A stretch of DNA of 64,000 nucleotides from Escherichia phage T4. Shown here in pieces: positions 9,396 through 20,397 of the stretch. Location: the sequence record OZ209023.1; one strand, written 5' to 3'. The notes beneath the pieces are model-generated. The model made no database searches, was not told the origin of the DNA, and saw nothing but the letters and a program-made list of their open reading frames with translations. The stretch's first letter is position 1. Every line of letters begins with the position of its first letter. Position numbers and translations under genes: made by a program.

Positions 9396-10715
9396 TCATA
9401 CATAAAACACATCATAACGACCACGGGTGACACCAACATAAAGAAGTTGTTGAGCTAATTCAGCATCTGCATAATGAATACAAGGCGTATAAATGAAAGC
9501 ACGGTCTACAGACATACCCTGCGCTTTATGGAATGTTGATGTAGGAAGTGCTTTCACTTTACTAAACTGTGATTTAGCATCCCAAAAATCACTCCACGGA
9601 GCTTTTCCGCCTTTGTTCCAATTTTTATAAGTTTCTGCTGTTTTACCTAAAAATAGGTTAAACTTATACAATTCTTCGTCAGATGAAATTATTTTAATCT
9701 TTTCACGATAATATTCATCATCGCCATAAGTTTCTACTGTTAAATCCCAATGACGAATTAGATATTCTCCAGGAACACCACGGGCTTTAACAAACGTTGA
9801 TGTATACTCTGCTTCTATAATACGAACTAATTGTCCGTTATTAAAAATAATTTCTGACACAGGCTTTCCATCAATTTTATATGTTTTAATTAATGGTTCC
9901 TGCATTACAATAATTTCACCGACAATAAAATCTTTATCAGTTTCAAAAATCTTTTTACGAATAATGCTATTTAACTTGTCAACAGATTTATTCGTAAATG
10001 CCATTACGCGATTTTCAAACAAATCATCTAGTGATTTGACGATTGAAAAATAATTTACCATAAAATCGCGTAAAGCGGTATCACCAGTAAATCCACGTAC
10101 TCCATGCCCGTCAACAACTTTATCATAAATCCACTTACCGTTGCGAACGTCAGTAGCTACATCAATAATAGGAGCATTACTGCGTTTAACTTCAGTGAGT
10201 TCACACTGATAAAAATCTTTATGTGTAAAGAATGGACTGATATAAGCAGTATTTTCTCCTGGGTCAACAGGTCTGATTTGCTTATTATCCCCTATTCCAA
10301 TTATAGTACACCAAGGTGGAATAGTTGAAAGCAGAATTTTAAATAGCTTTCTATCATACATTGACACTTCGTCGCAGATTAATACTCTGCATTTGGCTAA
10401 ATCAGGTACTTCTTTTTGTTCAAAAAGAACATTTTCTTCATATGTTACTGGGTTAATTTTAAGAATACTATGAATAGTACTCGCTTCTTTCCCTGATAGT
10501 TTTGAAAGAATCTTTTTAGCTGCATGTGTAGGAGCTGCTAAAATAATACCAGTTTCACCCGTAGATATTAAAGCTTCAATGATGAACTTAGTAAGAGTAG
10601 TCTTACCGGTACCAGCAGGTCCATTAATAGTTACATGATGTTTCTTTTCTTTAATAGCCTTCATAACAATGTTAAAGGCATTTTTCTGGCCTTCGGTCAA
10701 ATCATCAAATGTCAT
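9396..10715 (-). CDS. dda: Dda DNA helicase (SF1B)
   Basis: 439-aa ORF; Walker A GPAGTGKT; length matches T4 Dda. Confidence 0.9.
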   Translation of the reverse strand: MTFDDLTEGQKNAFNIVMKAIKEKKHHVTINGPAGTGKTTLTKFIIEALISTGETGIILAAPTHAAKKILSKLSGKEASTIHSILKINPVTYEENVLFEQKEVPDLAKCRVLICDEVSMYDRKLFKILLSTIPPWCTIIGIGDNKQIRPVDPGENTAYISPFFTHKDFYQCELTEVKRSNAPIIDVATDVRNGKWIYDKVVDGHGVRGFTGDTALRDFMVNYFSIVKSLDDLFENRVMAFTNKSVDKLNSIIRKKIFETDKDFIVGEIIVMQEPLIKTYKIDGKPVSEIIFNNGQLVRIIEAEYTSTFVKARGVPGEYLIRHWDLTVETYGDDEYYREKIKIISSDEELYKFNLFLGKTAETYKNWNKGGKAPWSDFWDAKSQFSKVKALPTSTFHKAQGMSVDRAFIYTPCIHYADAELAQQLLYVGVTRGRYDVFYV

Positions 10716-11023
10716 CGTAAATTCCCTGCAATTGGTATACTAACAATACGCCCAGTATCTAAAATTCGCTGATATAATCTTTGCGTGTCTACGTCAGGCT
10801 TAACATGTTTAACTTCTATTTTATTAAACCAAAATTTACGTGGAGTCTCAACTAATCTTGGAATTCCCTTACCTAAAGCTAATCGATACTGCTCTTTAAG
10901 AGTGGTAAATACTTTATCAGCAATCTTCCATTCAAAAAATACAGCAGGACGATGTTCATCAAGCGGAACTGGCGCTGTAAATCCGTCTTTGTCTCGGTAA
11001 ACTATCGCATATACATAAACCAT
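10712..11023 (-). CDS. hypothetical protein
   Basis: 103-aa ORF overlapping dda start by 4 nt. Confidence 0.5.
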   Translation of the reverse strand: MVYVYAIVYRDKDGFTAPVPLDEHRPAVFFEWKIADKVFTTLKEQYRLALGKGIPRLVETPRKFWFNKIEVKHVKPDVDTQRLYQRILDTGRIVSIPIAGNLR

Positions 11024-11024
11024 A

Positions 11025-11771
11025 TTATCCTCGGATAAGTTTAAAAATTGAACAATTTAGCGGATATCCTCTTTTCAGTTTAAGTTTATCAATAAAAGAC
11101 AAATTTTGATACCGCTCTACACCTTGAATAATTTTATCACACATATCATATTGCATTTCTGCTTCTGACAACTTTTTCACAATTTTCCAATCCGAGCCTT
11201 TAAGAAGAACGTTCAATTTAACAACTTCAGCGCCTTCTGCTATGCGAGAACCATCAATACGTGCTTTAAGTGCTATAATTCTCAGCTTAATGTCAGAGGT
11301 CTGTTTTGATTTAGAAAGCTGAGAAATGTGTTCAATTCGATTTTCACGTTTTTTCTGTATAGCTTTAATTTGATTATAAGTCTTTTTGATTTTAGCCCAT
11401 TTCTTTTCATCTAAATTTAGTTTATGAACTTTTTTCGCAGATGAACGACCAATTCGCAAAGCAAATAAATCACGCTTTTCAATCAACTCTTCTAAAGTAT
11501 AATCAGAACGAAATGTATTATACTTTTTCTTTACTGCAATAACATTCCCTTTAATGTATCCAACGTTATTATCAAAACGTTCTAATGATAATTTCTCTCC
11601 TTCAATACGATTATCAAAAGGTTCTCCCGAGTAAGCACAAACTTTTTGATCTAAAATGTTCTTAATGTAATTGAAGTCTAAGTTAAAATCTTTAGAACGT
11701 CTTTTTGCAGATGCCTGAGTATGCTCTAAACGACGTTTAATTTTACGAATTTGGTTATTAGACAGCTTCAT
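11025..11771 (-). CDS. hypothetical basic protein (positionally equivalent to T4 srd)
   Basis: 248-aa ORF with early promoter upstream. Confidence 0.5.
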   Translation of the reverse strand: MKLSNNQIRKIKRRLEHTQASAKRRSKDFNLDFNYIKNILDQKVCAYSGEPFDNRIEGEKLSLERFDNNVGYIKGNVIAVKKKYNTFRSDYTLEELIEKRDLFALRIGRSSAKKVHKLNLDEKKWAKIKKTYNQIKAIQKKRENRIEHISQLSKSKQTSDIKLRIIALKARIDGSRIAEGAEVVKLNVLLKGSDWKIVKKLSEAEMQYDMCDKIIQGVERYQNLSFIDKLKLKRGYPLNCSIFKLIRG

Positions 11772-11807
11772 ATTTTTCTCACATCTTACGGACGGTTAAC
11801 TACTTAT

Positions 11808-11837
11808 ACTATAACATTTTTACTTTAACTTGTAAAC
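11808..11837 (-). promoter_or_regulatory. early promoter (GTTTAC / TATAGT)
   Basis: plus gtaaac 11832-11837, actata 11808-11813. Confidence 0.45.
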
Positions 11838-11893
11838 AACTTTATGAAAAATGCTTTAAAACTTTCATGGTATAATGAATCTAAGTCCTTCCA

Positions 11894-12496
11894 TTATAGA
11901 TTAAATCCTTCAAAATCAAGAGTATAGATAGTGTATGTTGAACACTTTTTATACTCATATCTATCTGCAATTCTAAATACACTTCCAGCTGGTATCATTA
12001 CTTCTTGTTCATCTGAAACTAATTCCATATTACGATAACGATGACTATCCGGAAACTTAAAGTTTGGATTGTATTCTTTACAGCGTAGAGCTTTTATAGC
12101 ATACTCCTGGAAATTGAATACCATAGGAGCTTTGAATTCAAAAATAACTTGTGTGTTATACTCTAAACCAGAAGCAAAATGTAGAGCTATATTTTTATCA
12201 TATGAAGCTGATACGACTTTATCAAATGTAATAATATCAATTCCTTGATTTAATACTTGTTTAGTCTCAGCTGGAACACCTCTCCAAAGAGGTTTATCGT
12301 TTGGAACCAAACGAGATTTGATTATTTCATTTAACCAAGAATGGTCATCTGGTTTATTAGTAATACAATGAATTAAAAGTTCAATTTCAGATAAATTAAA
12401 CCCTTCAGAAAGTAATTCTTCACGAATAGAAGCACGCACCGATGCATCCATTGATTTTATTTTAAAATCTTTTAGTTGCATTACTGAGTATTTCAT
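11894..12496 (-). CDS. modA: ADP-ribosyltransferase ModA
   Basis: 200-aa ORF; R-S-E ADP-ribosyltransferase signature (LWRG ... EQEVMIPAG); paralogous to adjacent ModB. Confidence 0.75.
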   Translation of the reverse strand: MKYSVMQLKDFKIKSMDASVRASIREELLSEGFNLSEIELLIHCITNKPDDHSWLNEIIKSRLVPNDKPLWRGVPAETKQVLNQGIDIITFDKVVSASYDKNIALHFASGLEYNTQVIFEFKAPMVFNFQEYAIKALRCKEYNPNFKFPDSHRYRNMELVSDEQEVMIPAGSVFRIADRYEYKKCSTYTIYTLDFEGFNL

Positions 12497-13116
12497 TCAA
12501 CTACCTCAATATCATAAACTTTAAATGTTCCAAATGAATCGTGTAATTTTTCTTTTGAAATAGAAGTTATTTTATACTTTCCAATTGGAATCATCCATTC
12601 TTGTTCACGCACAATCATCATTAAGTTATCAGTACGCTCTGAATCTAATCCATCAGTATCTTCATACGTGTACTTAAACTCAGTATTAGGAGAAGAAAGT
12701 ATAATATCGCTGATATGGTCAGAATAATTAAAAGCTTTATCAGTTTTTAAACGAAGTATTGTTTCAGTGAAATATTCAGCATAAGAAAAAGAACACGCTG
12801 TATGCAAACTAGTAGTAAATGAATCTACCCTGTTCGTTGAAAACACTTCTCCAACTTGTAAATCTTTAATGAGTTCTTTTGTCGATTTTGATATACCACG
12901 ATATAATTGATAAGGCGATTTAGTTAAATGCTTTTTAATGATTTCATTTAAATGCTTATGAAGAGCTTCATTCTTTTTGGCTTCCATACATTGCCAAAGA
13001 ACAGACTGCTCAAAGTCAGTAAATTTTTCACAGACCTTTTTATACATATCATATTGAAAATCAACGCTTTCAGCTTTTATAGATAACTGTTCAACATCTG
13101 CAAGATTAATAATCAT
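12493..13116 (-). CDS. modB: ADP-ribosyltransferase ModB
   Basis: 207-aa ORF; LYRG ... EQEWMIPIG; 4-nt overlap with modA start. Confidence 0.75.
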   Translation of the reverse strand: MIINLADVEQLSIKAESVDFQYDMYKKVCEKFTDFEQSVLWQCMEAKKNEALHKHLNEIIKKHLTKSPYQLYRGISKSTKELIKDLQVGEVFSTNRVDSFTTSLHTACSFSYAEYFTETILRLKTDKAFNYSDHISDIILSSPNTEFKYTYEDTDGLDSERTDNLMMIVREQEWMIPIGKYKITSISKEKLHDSFGTFKVYDIEVVE

Positions 13117-13142
13117 GATAGCCTCCGTATACTTCAGAAGCT

Positions 13143-13172
13143 ATCATATCATCGTTAGAAAGGAAAGTAAAC
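13143..13172 (-). promoter_or_regulatory. early promoter (GTTTAC / TATGAT)
   Basis: plus gtaaac 13167-13172, atcata 13143-13148. Confidence 0.4.
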
Positions 13173-13183
13173 AACTTTTTGAA

Positions 13184-13366
13184 TTATTTTGCCCAGGGAG
13201 CCCAAGGCGGAGGGTCAAGATGGTATGAAGCTAGTTCTTCTAGAAGAGCATCTGGGGCTTCAATTCCATAATTCTGTAATACTATACGGTACTCTTTCTT
13301 ATAATCACTAGAATCATTCTGGTTATTCGTAGAATGATTATCTTCTAACATCTCAAATAAATCCAT
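13184..13366 (-). CDS. hypothetical small protein
   Basis: 60-aa ORF. Confidence 0.45.
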   Translation of the reverse strand: MDLFEMLEDNHSTNNQNDSSDYKKEYRIVLQNYGIEAPDALLEELASYHLDPPPWAPWAK

Positions 13367-13374
13367 ATTAATTC

Positions 13375-13845
13375 CTAGCGATAAAAACCAAATTTACGAT
13401 TAGTTTCAATGATCTTTCTTTCTTCTTCGGACATTCTCCAGCGTAGTCCAACATCAAAATGAGCCCAGACCATCCTAACAAATGCATTTATATCTTTAAT
13501 ATCTTCAATAATGAATGTTTTACTTTTAGAAGGTTGACTCGCTAATTTAACTTTATCGTCTTCAAACATGTCAAAAAGACCATATTCATGAGCTCTTTTA
13601 TAGCCTTTAATAGTTAAAGCTTCAGAAGAAGAAAATGGTGAATCTGTATTCTGCAAAATATCTTCAGTATGCTTTATAATTAGAATAATATTTTCTGGAT
13701 ATTTTCTTTCTTTTATATCTTTAATTAAAAAATCCGGATTTTCTGCTAAAGGAATAATTAATGAGCAATTTTTATCAAGTGTATTTACTGATTTACCTTC
13801 TTTAGACATAAATTCTATTGAATATAATTTTGCTACTTCAATCAT
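13375..13845 (-). CDS. hypothetical protein
   Basis: 156-aa ORF. Confidence 0.5.
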
Positions 13846-13998
13846 GTGATTTCCTTTTGCCTACTAATGGACCGTCAGGAATTTTATTTTCCTGGATATA
13901 TTTCTCATTTTCTTCCATCATTTTACTGCCAATTTTAAGAAGCAAATCCATTGCTTCATTTGCTTTTGCTTTAGCTTCTTCTAACGTCATATCTTTGT

Positions 13999-14202
13999 TC
14001 ATGATTTATCACCATAGATGTCTCTCATCAATTTAAGCGCTGAGCGTTCTAGTTTCTTTTCTTTCTCAGCACTAATCATTGATTTCATCCATTCTTCTGA
14101 TTCATTCTGCATTTCTTTATTTGCTTGTTCAACCCAACCGTCATCAATATACATTGAGTTTGGTCTATTGAACCATTCAAGCATCTTCTTCAGAACTTTC
14201 AT
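13999..14202 (-). CDS. hypothetical small protein
   Basis: 67-aa ORF. Confidence 0.45.
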
Positions 14203-14674
14203 TCGTTTTACCTAAAACAATAGTAGGAGCATCGTCAAATTTATGAATTTTTAGCAAATTTGGATTTAAATTATTCCATAAAGAGGTAATAAAATATGAT
14301 AGCGCACTTTCGTCCGTAATTATAAATTTATTTCCTTTATCTATTTTCCAATCATATATTGAATCATATGAATAGAAGGATAACGGTTTATTATTATAAT
14401 ATGCTTCAGCAACATCAATATAGTTAGATTTAGTAAATGCTTGAATTGCCATAAATGGAGAATTTTGTACAGTTTCAATAATTCCGATCTTTTTAAGTTT
14501 TATTTCAACATCTTCTGGAATTGGCATTGAAATAAAATCTTCTACTAGATACATATTATTGTCATATCTTTTATCAATCATTACTGCTACAGTAATTGGA
14601 ACATCCTTGACAAACGCCATACTAATACTATTGATAGACATTTCAAACAAAATTGCTTCCATAATTTTCCTCAA
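14177..14674 (-). CDS. hypothetical protein
   Basis: 165-aa ORF. Confidence 0.5.
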
Positions 14675-15012
14675 TCACAAGATGTAGATGAACAACTAGA
14701 ATCACAAGAACTTCCACATGAATCACCTGCCCATACATGAACAGGAACATTAGTATCATATGAATCAGAACTAGACTGTGTATTCTGTGTGTTAGATGAT
14801 GTAGTAGGTGTTGACCAGCGCCAAGGATTTTTATAATATTCTTGGGCTTCTTCATAAGTCATAGTAACTGCTTCTACTGTTCCATCTCCCATATAAACAT
14901 ATTCAACTACAGTTAAAGGAAGGTAGTCATTTGAAATAGGAACTACACCTTCCCCAGGAGTTGTAGAGAAAAAATCCGTAAAGAAACTTTTAAACCAATT
15001 AAAGATAAACAT
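14671..15012 (-). CDS. hypothetical protein with N-terminal hydrophobic segment and Cys/Ser-rich C-terminal tail
   Basis: 113-aa ORF ending [18 protein letters not shown]. Confidence 0.5.
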
Positions 15013-15218
15013 TACAAAAAGCCTCTTTTGAATTCGACTTGCTTCTCACCATAATCATATCGAATCTCTGCATTAAATTCGACAGAACCATCTGCGTACA
15101 TCATAAATGAATGCACAACAACTTCTGTAGACCATGGTTGTAGTTCATATTTCTTCATTACATGTCGTGAAATGATAATATCTAAATCTTCATTTGGTTT
15201 AATCCAACGATTTAACAT
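15012..15218 (-). CDS. hypothetical small protein
   Basis: 68-aa ORF. Confidence 0.45.
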   Translation of the reverse strand: MLNRWIKPNEDLDIIISRHVMKKYELQPWSTEVVVHSFMMYADGSVEFNAEIRYDYGEKQVEFKRGFL

Positions 15219-15244
15219 AGTACTCTCCTCTATAAGATAATTCT

Positions 15245-15274
15245 ATTATACCATACTCATTTTGGAAAGTAAAC
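15245..15274 (-). promoter_or_regulatory. early promoter (GTTTAC / TATAAT)
   Basis: plus gtaaac 15269-15274, attata 15245-15250. Confidence 0.5.
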
Positions 15275-15289
15275 CATTTAAATGAAAAA

Positions 15290-15309
15290 AGGACTCCCGA
15301 AGGAGTCCT
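15290..15309 (-). terminator. rho-independent terminator after soc (UUCG-loop hairpin + U-tract)
   Basis: plus aggactcc-cgaa-ggagtcct followed on the minus strand by TTTTTTT. Confidence 0.6.
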
Positions 15310-15316
15310 TGAGTTA

Positions 15317-15559
15317 TTAACCAGTTACTTTCCACAAATCTTCATTTGCAGCAATCCATTCAGTACGTTGATTTTCTTCATATACTGTAGAATATGCTGC
15401 TTTTTCTGAAGGGAATGTCTGGTAATGAGCGCCAGAAATTTTGTGAACGTCAGAATAAAGAGGGAAAGCTACAGAAATTTCCTTTCCTTCAATTTTCTTA
15501 TTTCCATCTAATTTCTGCTCAAATGTTTTGATATTAACATAACCGCGAGTACTAGCCAT
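15317..15559 (-). CDS. soc: small outer capsid protein Soc
   Basis: 80-aa ORF MASTRGYVNIKTFEQ...; recognised sequence. Confidence 0.9.
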   Translation of the reverse strand: MASTRGYVNIKTFEQKLDGNKKIEGKEISVAFPLYSDVHKISGAHYQTFPSEKAAYSTVYEENQRTEWIAANEDLWKVTG

Positions 15560-15588
15560 GTAATTCTCCTTTATTTAAATTACATGAT

Positions 15589-15596
15589 TATTTATA
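15589..15596 (-). promoter_or_regulatory. T4 late promoter TATAAATA upstream of soc
   Basis: plus tatttata = minus TATAAATA, about 30 nt upstream of soc ATG. Confidence 0.5.
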
Positions 15597-16281
15597 CATC
15601 TTCTTTTCTGAATAAGTAAATTAAATTCTTAAGAGCCGAACTTGTTACATCATATTTTCCTTTAAGCGCCTTTACAACCGGGCCTGTTGCTGGTTTACCT
15701 AAAGAAACCCATAACTCGTGTATTTCGCTTTTAAGTGGTTCATGCCAATGCGGTGCTTTTCTTTGCGCCCTTGAAGTTCCTTCTGAAATCTTTTTATTTC
15801 CGCCATTCGAATAAAACTTTTTCATTACTTCAGATTGCCGAGCTTTTCTTTCTGCCCTATTTTGGGCTATACGTTGTGAATTCTTCATCCGAGTTTTTGT
15901 TTCAGGATTGTTTAATCTAAGTTTATGTTCTAATCGTTGTTGCTCAGTCCATTTTCTTCCTTCTCCACCCTGACCACCAGGAGAAATATTAATGCAAGTA
16001 TCTGGGTGTTTACGTTTTAATGCAGATATTAGCTCACGTTCAACTTCATATGATTTTTCTCTAGAACCATGGCATTTTGACCATCGTATTTTATAATTAA
16101 ATCCATACTTACGATATATGTTCCATAGTATTTTACCTGAACCCGGATATTTATCATTATATGGATTTACAATAAATGATTCATGTTTCCCAGCGTACCA
16201 AAAGACGCCTTTCGGCGTCCTAACTTTTACTATATATGTTCTATAAAATTTTTGTTTAATATCCATTATCTTGACGTTCAA
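15592..16281 (-). CDS. segF: GIY-YIG homing endonuclease SegF
   Basis: 224-229-aa ORF; GIY-YIG-like N-terminus (YIVKVRT...FWYAGKH); located between soc and gene 56; start may be the internal Met at 16266. Confidence 0.65.
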   Translation of the reverse strand: MNVKIMDIKQKFYRTYIVKVRTPKGVFWYAGKHESFIVNPYNDKYPGSGKILWNIYRKYGFNYKIRWSKCHGSREKSYEVERELISALKRKHPDTCINISPGGQGGEGRKWTEQQRLEHKLRLNNPETKTRMKNSQRIAQNRAERKARQSEVMKKFYSNGGNKKISEGTSRAQRKAPHWHEPLKSEIHELWVSLGKPATGPVVKALKGKYDVTSSALKNLIYLFRKEDV

Positions 16282-16771
16282 AATTATGTTTGTTCTTCAG
16301 ATAATAAAGTTTAAAGATTTCTTCCGCATTCATTCCAAGGCCAACAAACATATTTAATACGAAATGAAATATATCCACAAGCTCAAATTTAATTTCGAGC
16401 TGGTCTTCGGGGGACATTTCATCAATGCGTTTTTCTTGCGCTTCAATATAACGTGCTTTCCATTTTTTCCATACAGCAGAAGCTTCTTTTTCACCACGTG
16501 ACATTTCACCAAGAGAAGTCAGAAGTTCGCGGAATTCATCATCAATACAGTCTTTTTGTTCACGCATCCAAGAAACAACATCACCGGCAGTTTCTAATTT
16601 ATCTGGATGATAGCAGTATTCGCGGACATTAGCCAAACGAATCTGTAAAGACCGCTGCATATCAAGCATAACTTGCAGCGGATCTTTTTCATCACCGAGA
16701 ATATCCCAGTATTCATTTTGAGCTTTATCAACACCTTCGATCAAATGAGCACATTCATTAAAGTGAGCCAT
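16256..16771 (-). CDS. 56: dCTP pyrophosphatase gp56 (MazG-like)
   Basis: ORF MAHFNECAHLIEG..., 171 aa from the Met at 16771; recognised sequence. Confidence 0.85.
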   Translation of the reverse strand: MAHFNECAHLIEGVDKAQNEYWDILGDEKDPLQVMLDMQRSLQIRLANVREYCYHPDKLETAGDVVSWMREQKDCIDDEFRELLTSLGEMSRGEKEASAVWKKWKARYIEAQEKRIDEMSPEDQLEIKFELVDIFHFVLNMFVGLGMNAEEIFKLYYLKNKHNFERQDNGY

Positions 16772-16831
16772 TAGTTTTCCTTTCAATTCATTAATAAGTT
16801 AAATAATTATATCATTTGAGTATGTAAGCAA

Positions 16832-17620
<789 letters not shown>

Positions 17621-17723
17621 TCATTTATTGCAGCAAAAATGAATTATACAATTCTTCATCATATGTATTTGATAGTAATACTAACACGTTTTGCGATAAA
17701 TATTAATTTAAAGGAGGATATAT

Positions 17724-17924
17724 ATGGTACAAAAATTAATGGCACTTGTTAATGCCATAAAAGGTAATAAGAAACGTATAGCTTTTACTATTTCTGCTAT
17801 GGTAGGAATTTTACTCTGGAACTTTATTTTATCACCTGTTGCAATTGCACATGGTGTTAATATTCCAGTAGTTACTCTTGATACATTCGTAGATTTAGCA
17901 TTTGCTTTAGTTGGGTTAATTTAA
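17724..17924 (+). CDS. candidate small membrane protein on the opposite strand
   Basis: 66-aa ORF with consensus SD AGGAGG 7 nt upstream of ATG; hydrophobic sequence; in the dam-61 intergenic region. Confidence 0.4.
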   Translation: MVQKLMALVNAIKGNKKRIAFTISAMVGILLWNFILSPVAIAHGVNIPVVTLDTFVDLAFALVGLI

Positions 17925-18949
17925 ATCTTAGCATATTTAGATAGCCGCATTTTAGCCATTAACCCCTGGGCAATATTATTTTTCATATATTCCATAATTT
18001 GTTCAGGGGTTGCACCTTCCTTTCTAATCATATCATTAACATCTTTTGATTTCCAGGGAGATTTATCCCAAAACATAACCCTTTCTCCTGCATCAACTAA
18101 TTTAGTCATTCGTTTAATAGTGTCAGGGTGACGAGGTTCATTATCTAAGACCCACACACGTCTATCTTTAAATGGAACAACTTCTAGGTCTAATTGACCG
18201 CCCGTAATAGCTATACCATTTTCAATAAAAAGTGAATCTATAGGTCCTTCTAGAACATATACATCACCATCTTTAACTCGTTCGACTCCATAGATTTTTG
18301 TTGCCTCAGGATAAGCTTTGATGGTGATATATTTTTGAGGAGCATCTTTCTTTAATGCACGTCCTTGAAAAGACTCAGCTTTTCCATTAGCATTATAAAT
18401 TGGAATAACAAGACGAGGCTCAGAAATTTCCTTTTTGTATGTTCCCGGTGCTATGCTATTAACTAATTTAGGCCATTCGGTTGTAAACCAAAGATATTTC
18501 CATTTATCCTTTGGAATACAACGAGCTTTTACGTATTTTATAATTGGATGGTCTTCCGCCAGTTTATCTAATCTAACACATGACGGAAGAGATTTAATTA
18601 TTTTCTTCTCGGGTTGTTTAGGAAGTTCTTTAGGTTTTTCTATTGGACGACTTTTACCTTTTTCTTTTCTTATTTCAAAGATATACTCACGATATAAATC
18701 GGGTTCAAACTCCTTTAAATATATTCCGATTGGTGCATGATAGTTACAGTTATAACAATGAATATTTCCTTCATTATTATCACCATAATACCATCCACGG
18801 GCTTTATTCTGGTCGGTTTTTGAATCTCCACAAACAGGGCATCTAAACCGTAATTTAAAAGTTGAACTATTATTTACTTGTGTGAATTTAGGTAAATGAG
18901 CTAATGCACGGTATGCAAACTCATTATCAATCCAAGGTATTGATGACAT
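17921..18949 (-). CDS. 61: DNA primase gp61
   Basis: 342-aa ORF; N-terminal zinc ribbon CPVCGDS...CYNC and TOPRIM-like core; length matches T4 gp61. Confidence 0.9.
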   Translation of the reverse strand: MSSIPWIDNEFAYRALAHLPKFTQVNNSSTFKLRFRCPVCGDSKTDQNKARGWYYGDNNEGNIHCYNCNYHAPIGIYLKEFEPDLYREYIFEIRKEKGKSRPIEKPKELPKQPEKKIIKSLPSCVRLDKLAEDHPIIKYVKARCIPKDKWKYLWFTTEWPKLVNSIAPGTYKKEISEPRLVIPIYNANGKAESFQGRALKKDAPQKYITIKAYPEATKIYGVERVKDGDVYVLEGPIDSLFIENGIAITGGQLDLEVVPFKDRRVWVLDNEPRHPDTIKRMTKLVDAGERVMFWDKSPWKSKDVNDMIRKEGATPEQIMEYMKNNIAQGLMAKMRLSKYAKI

Positions 18950-19117
18950 TTTTACTCTTCTTTTTCTTTAGATTCCTCTTTTTTCTTTTTAGGAATCTGT
19001 TCAGGACCTTTATTTACTACAGCGCCTGATGTTGTTCCAGTAGAGATATTTTCAGGATTACCACCTGAATCTCCAGCGACCATATCTTCTTTGATAAATT
19101 CTTTAAATGTTTTCATA

Positions 19118-19744
19118 TTAACCTCTATTCATAAAAGCATTAAAAATTTGGTCATCAATAGAAACATTTACTTTAGGCTGTTTTTCAGATGGCAATTCAT
19201 ATCCACATATTACAATTTTATGATCAATATCAAAATACACAGAAGCAATATGATTAATGATATTTTCAGTAAAGTCTAAATCAACATCAATATCTTTTTG
19301 ACCAAAGCCCAAAGGATAAATAATGCGAGTAATTCGATTATCTTTAACAAAGATTCCACCGACATACTCTGTGCTGCGTTTAAAGTCTACACGCCGACGA
19401 AATGAAAAATATTCAGGCTCTTTATGAGCTCGGCTCATAGGACACAACGAATAACTAGAATAAGAGATGTCAAATCCTACGCCTTCAATATGAACTAAAT
19501 TGTCATGATTAAACCAATTATAATCATATGCCAAGTCCATTAGATTGTCATATGTGAAAGGCACCGGATTAACATCATTGGTCACAAGCATATAATTAGC
19601 AACTGCTATAATTTCATTATTTTTAACGAATACAAACCGTGATTGATGCGAATGGCCTGGACCTGCGTTTTCACGATTAATGATATAACACTGGGCACCT
19701 TTATATTTGTACGTGTCTTTACACTTGTGCATTTGATAAAGCAT
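19118..19744 (-). CDS. hypothetical protein (61.1 position)
   Basis: 208-aa ORF. Confidence 0.55.
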   Translation of the reverse strand: MLYQMHKCKDTYKYKGAQCYIINRENAGPGHSHQSRFVFVKNNEIIAVANYMLVTNDVNPVPFTYDNLMDLAYDYNWFNHDNLVHIEGVGFDISYSSYSLCPMSRAHKEPEYFSFRRRVDFKRSTEYVGGIFVKDNRITRIIYPLGFGQKDIDVDLDFTENIINHIASVYFDIDHKIVICGYELPSEKQPKVNVSIDDQIFNAFMNRG

Positions 19745-20037
19745 TATTCACCTACCACTTCAGCGATGATATTTTTGTTATTAAAGTTTTTATCGAAATA
19801 CAGAACATAATTATACTGCATTACACCACCAGACTTAAGCTGTTTTTGCACTTCAGCTTTCATTTCAGGACGATCACGCTTAACGATATTCATAATATCT
19901 GCTTCAATTTGAGTTTCAACCTCAGTCTGATCCGCAGTCATAGACCATTCGCACAAATCTTTATCATAACCTGCCATAGCAGGCTGAGCAGCACAAGAAG
20001 CTAAAGCAAAAATTGTAGCAAAGATGAATTTTTTCAT
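19744..20037 (-). CDS. hypothetical secreted/lipoprotein-like protein
   Basis: 97-aa ORF with signal peptide MKKFIFATIFALASCAA. Confidence 0.55.
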   Translation of the reverse strand: MKKFIFATIFALASCAAQPAMAGYDKDLCEWSMTADQTEVETQIEADIMNIVKRDRPEMKAEVQKQLKSGGVMQYNYVLYFDKNFNNKNIIAEVVGE

Positions 20038-20097
20038 GATAATCTCCTCAGTAGTTTATGTTTATATAGTATCTCAATTTCCAACAAAAGTAAACAG

Positions 20098-20397
20098 TTA
20101 TTTTAAAATTTCTGCGTAATCACATGTTACAAACTGTTTCTCTAACTTGACGATTTTACGAAAGTATCTTTTGCATTGGCGAATCTGCCTCTTCGTAGGG
20201 CGAACAGCAAACTTAATAAATTCCACTCGACCAAATGGAGGGCTTTCTTCTGCTGGAATATCTAACACCAATTCCCACGTATCTGCAATAAGTGCTTTGA
20301 ATTGCGTATTTTTCCTGACGTTATACGGAGTAGGTTTAAATAAAACAATATGCATATTATCCTCGGCAATCCACTTCACATACTTTCTTGTCATCAA
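20098..20397 (-). CDS. hypothetical basic protein
   Basis: 99-aa ORF. Confidence 0.5.
   Translation of the reverse strand: MMTRKYVKWIAEDNMHIVLFKPTPYNVRKNTQFKALIADTWELVLDIPAEESPPFGRVEFIKFAVRPTKRQIRQCKRYFRKIVKLEKQFVTCDYAEILK

Noticed and set aside
14643-14855. His/Leu-rich 70-aa ORF
   Set aside because: Alternative frame of the Cys/Ser-rich ORF; composition reflects the repeat DNA rather than a separate gene.
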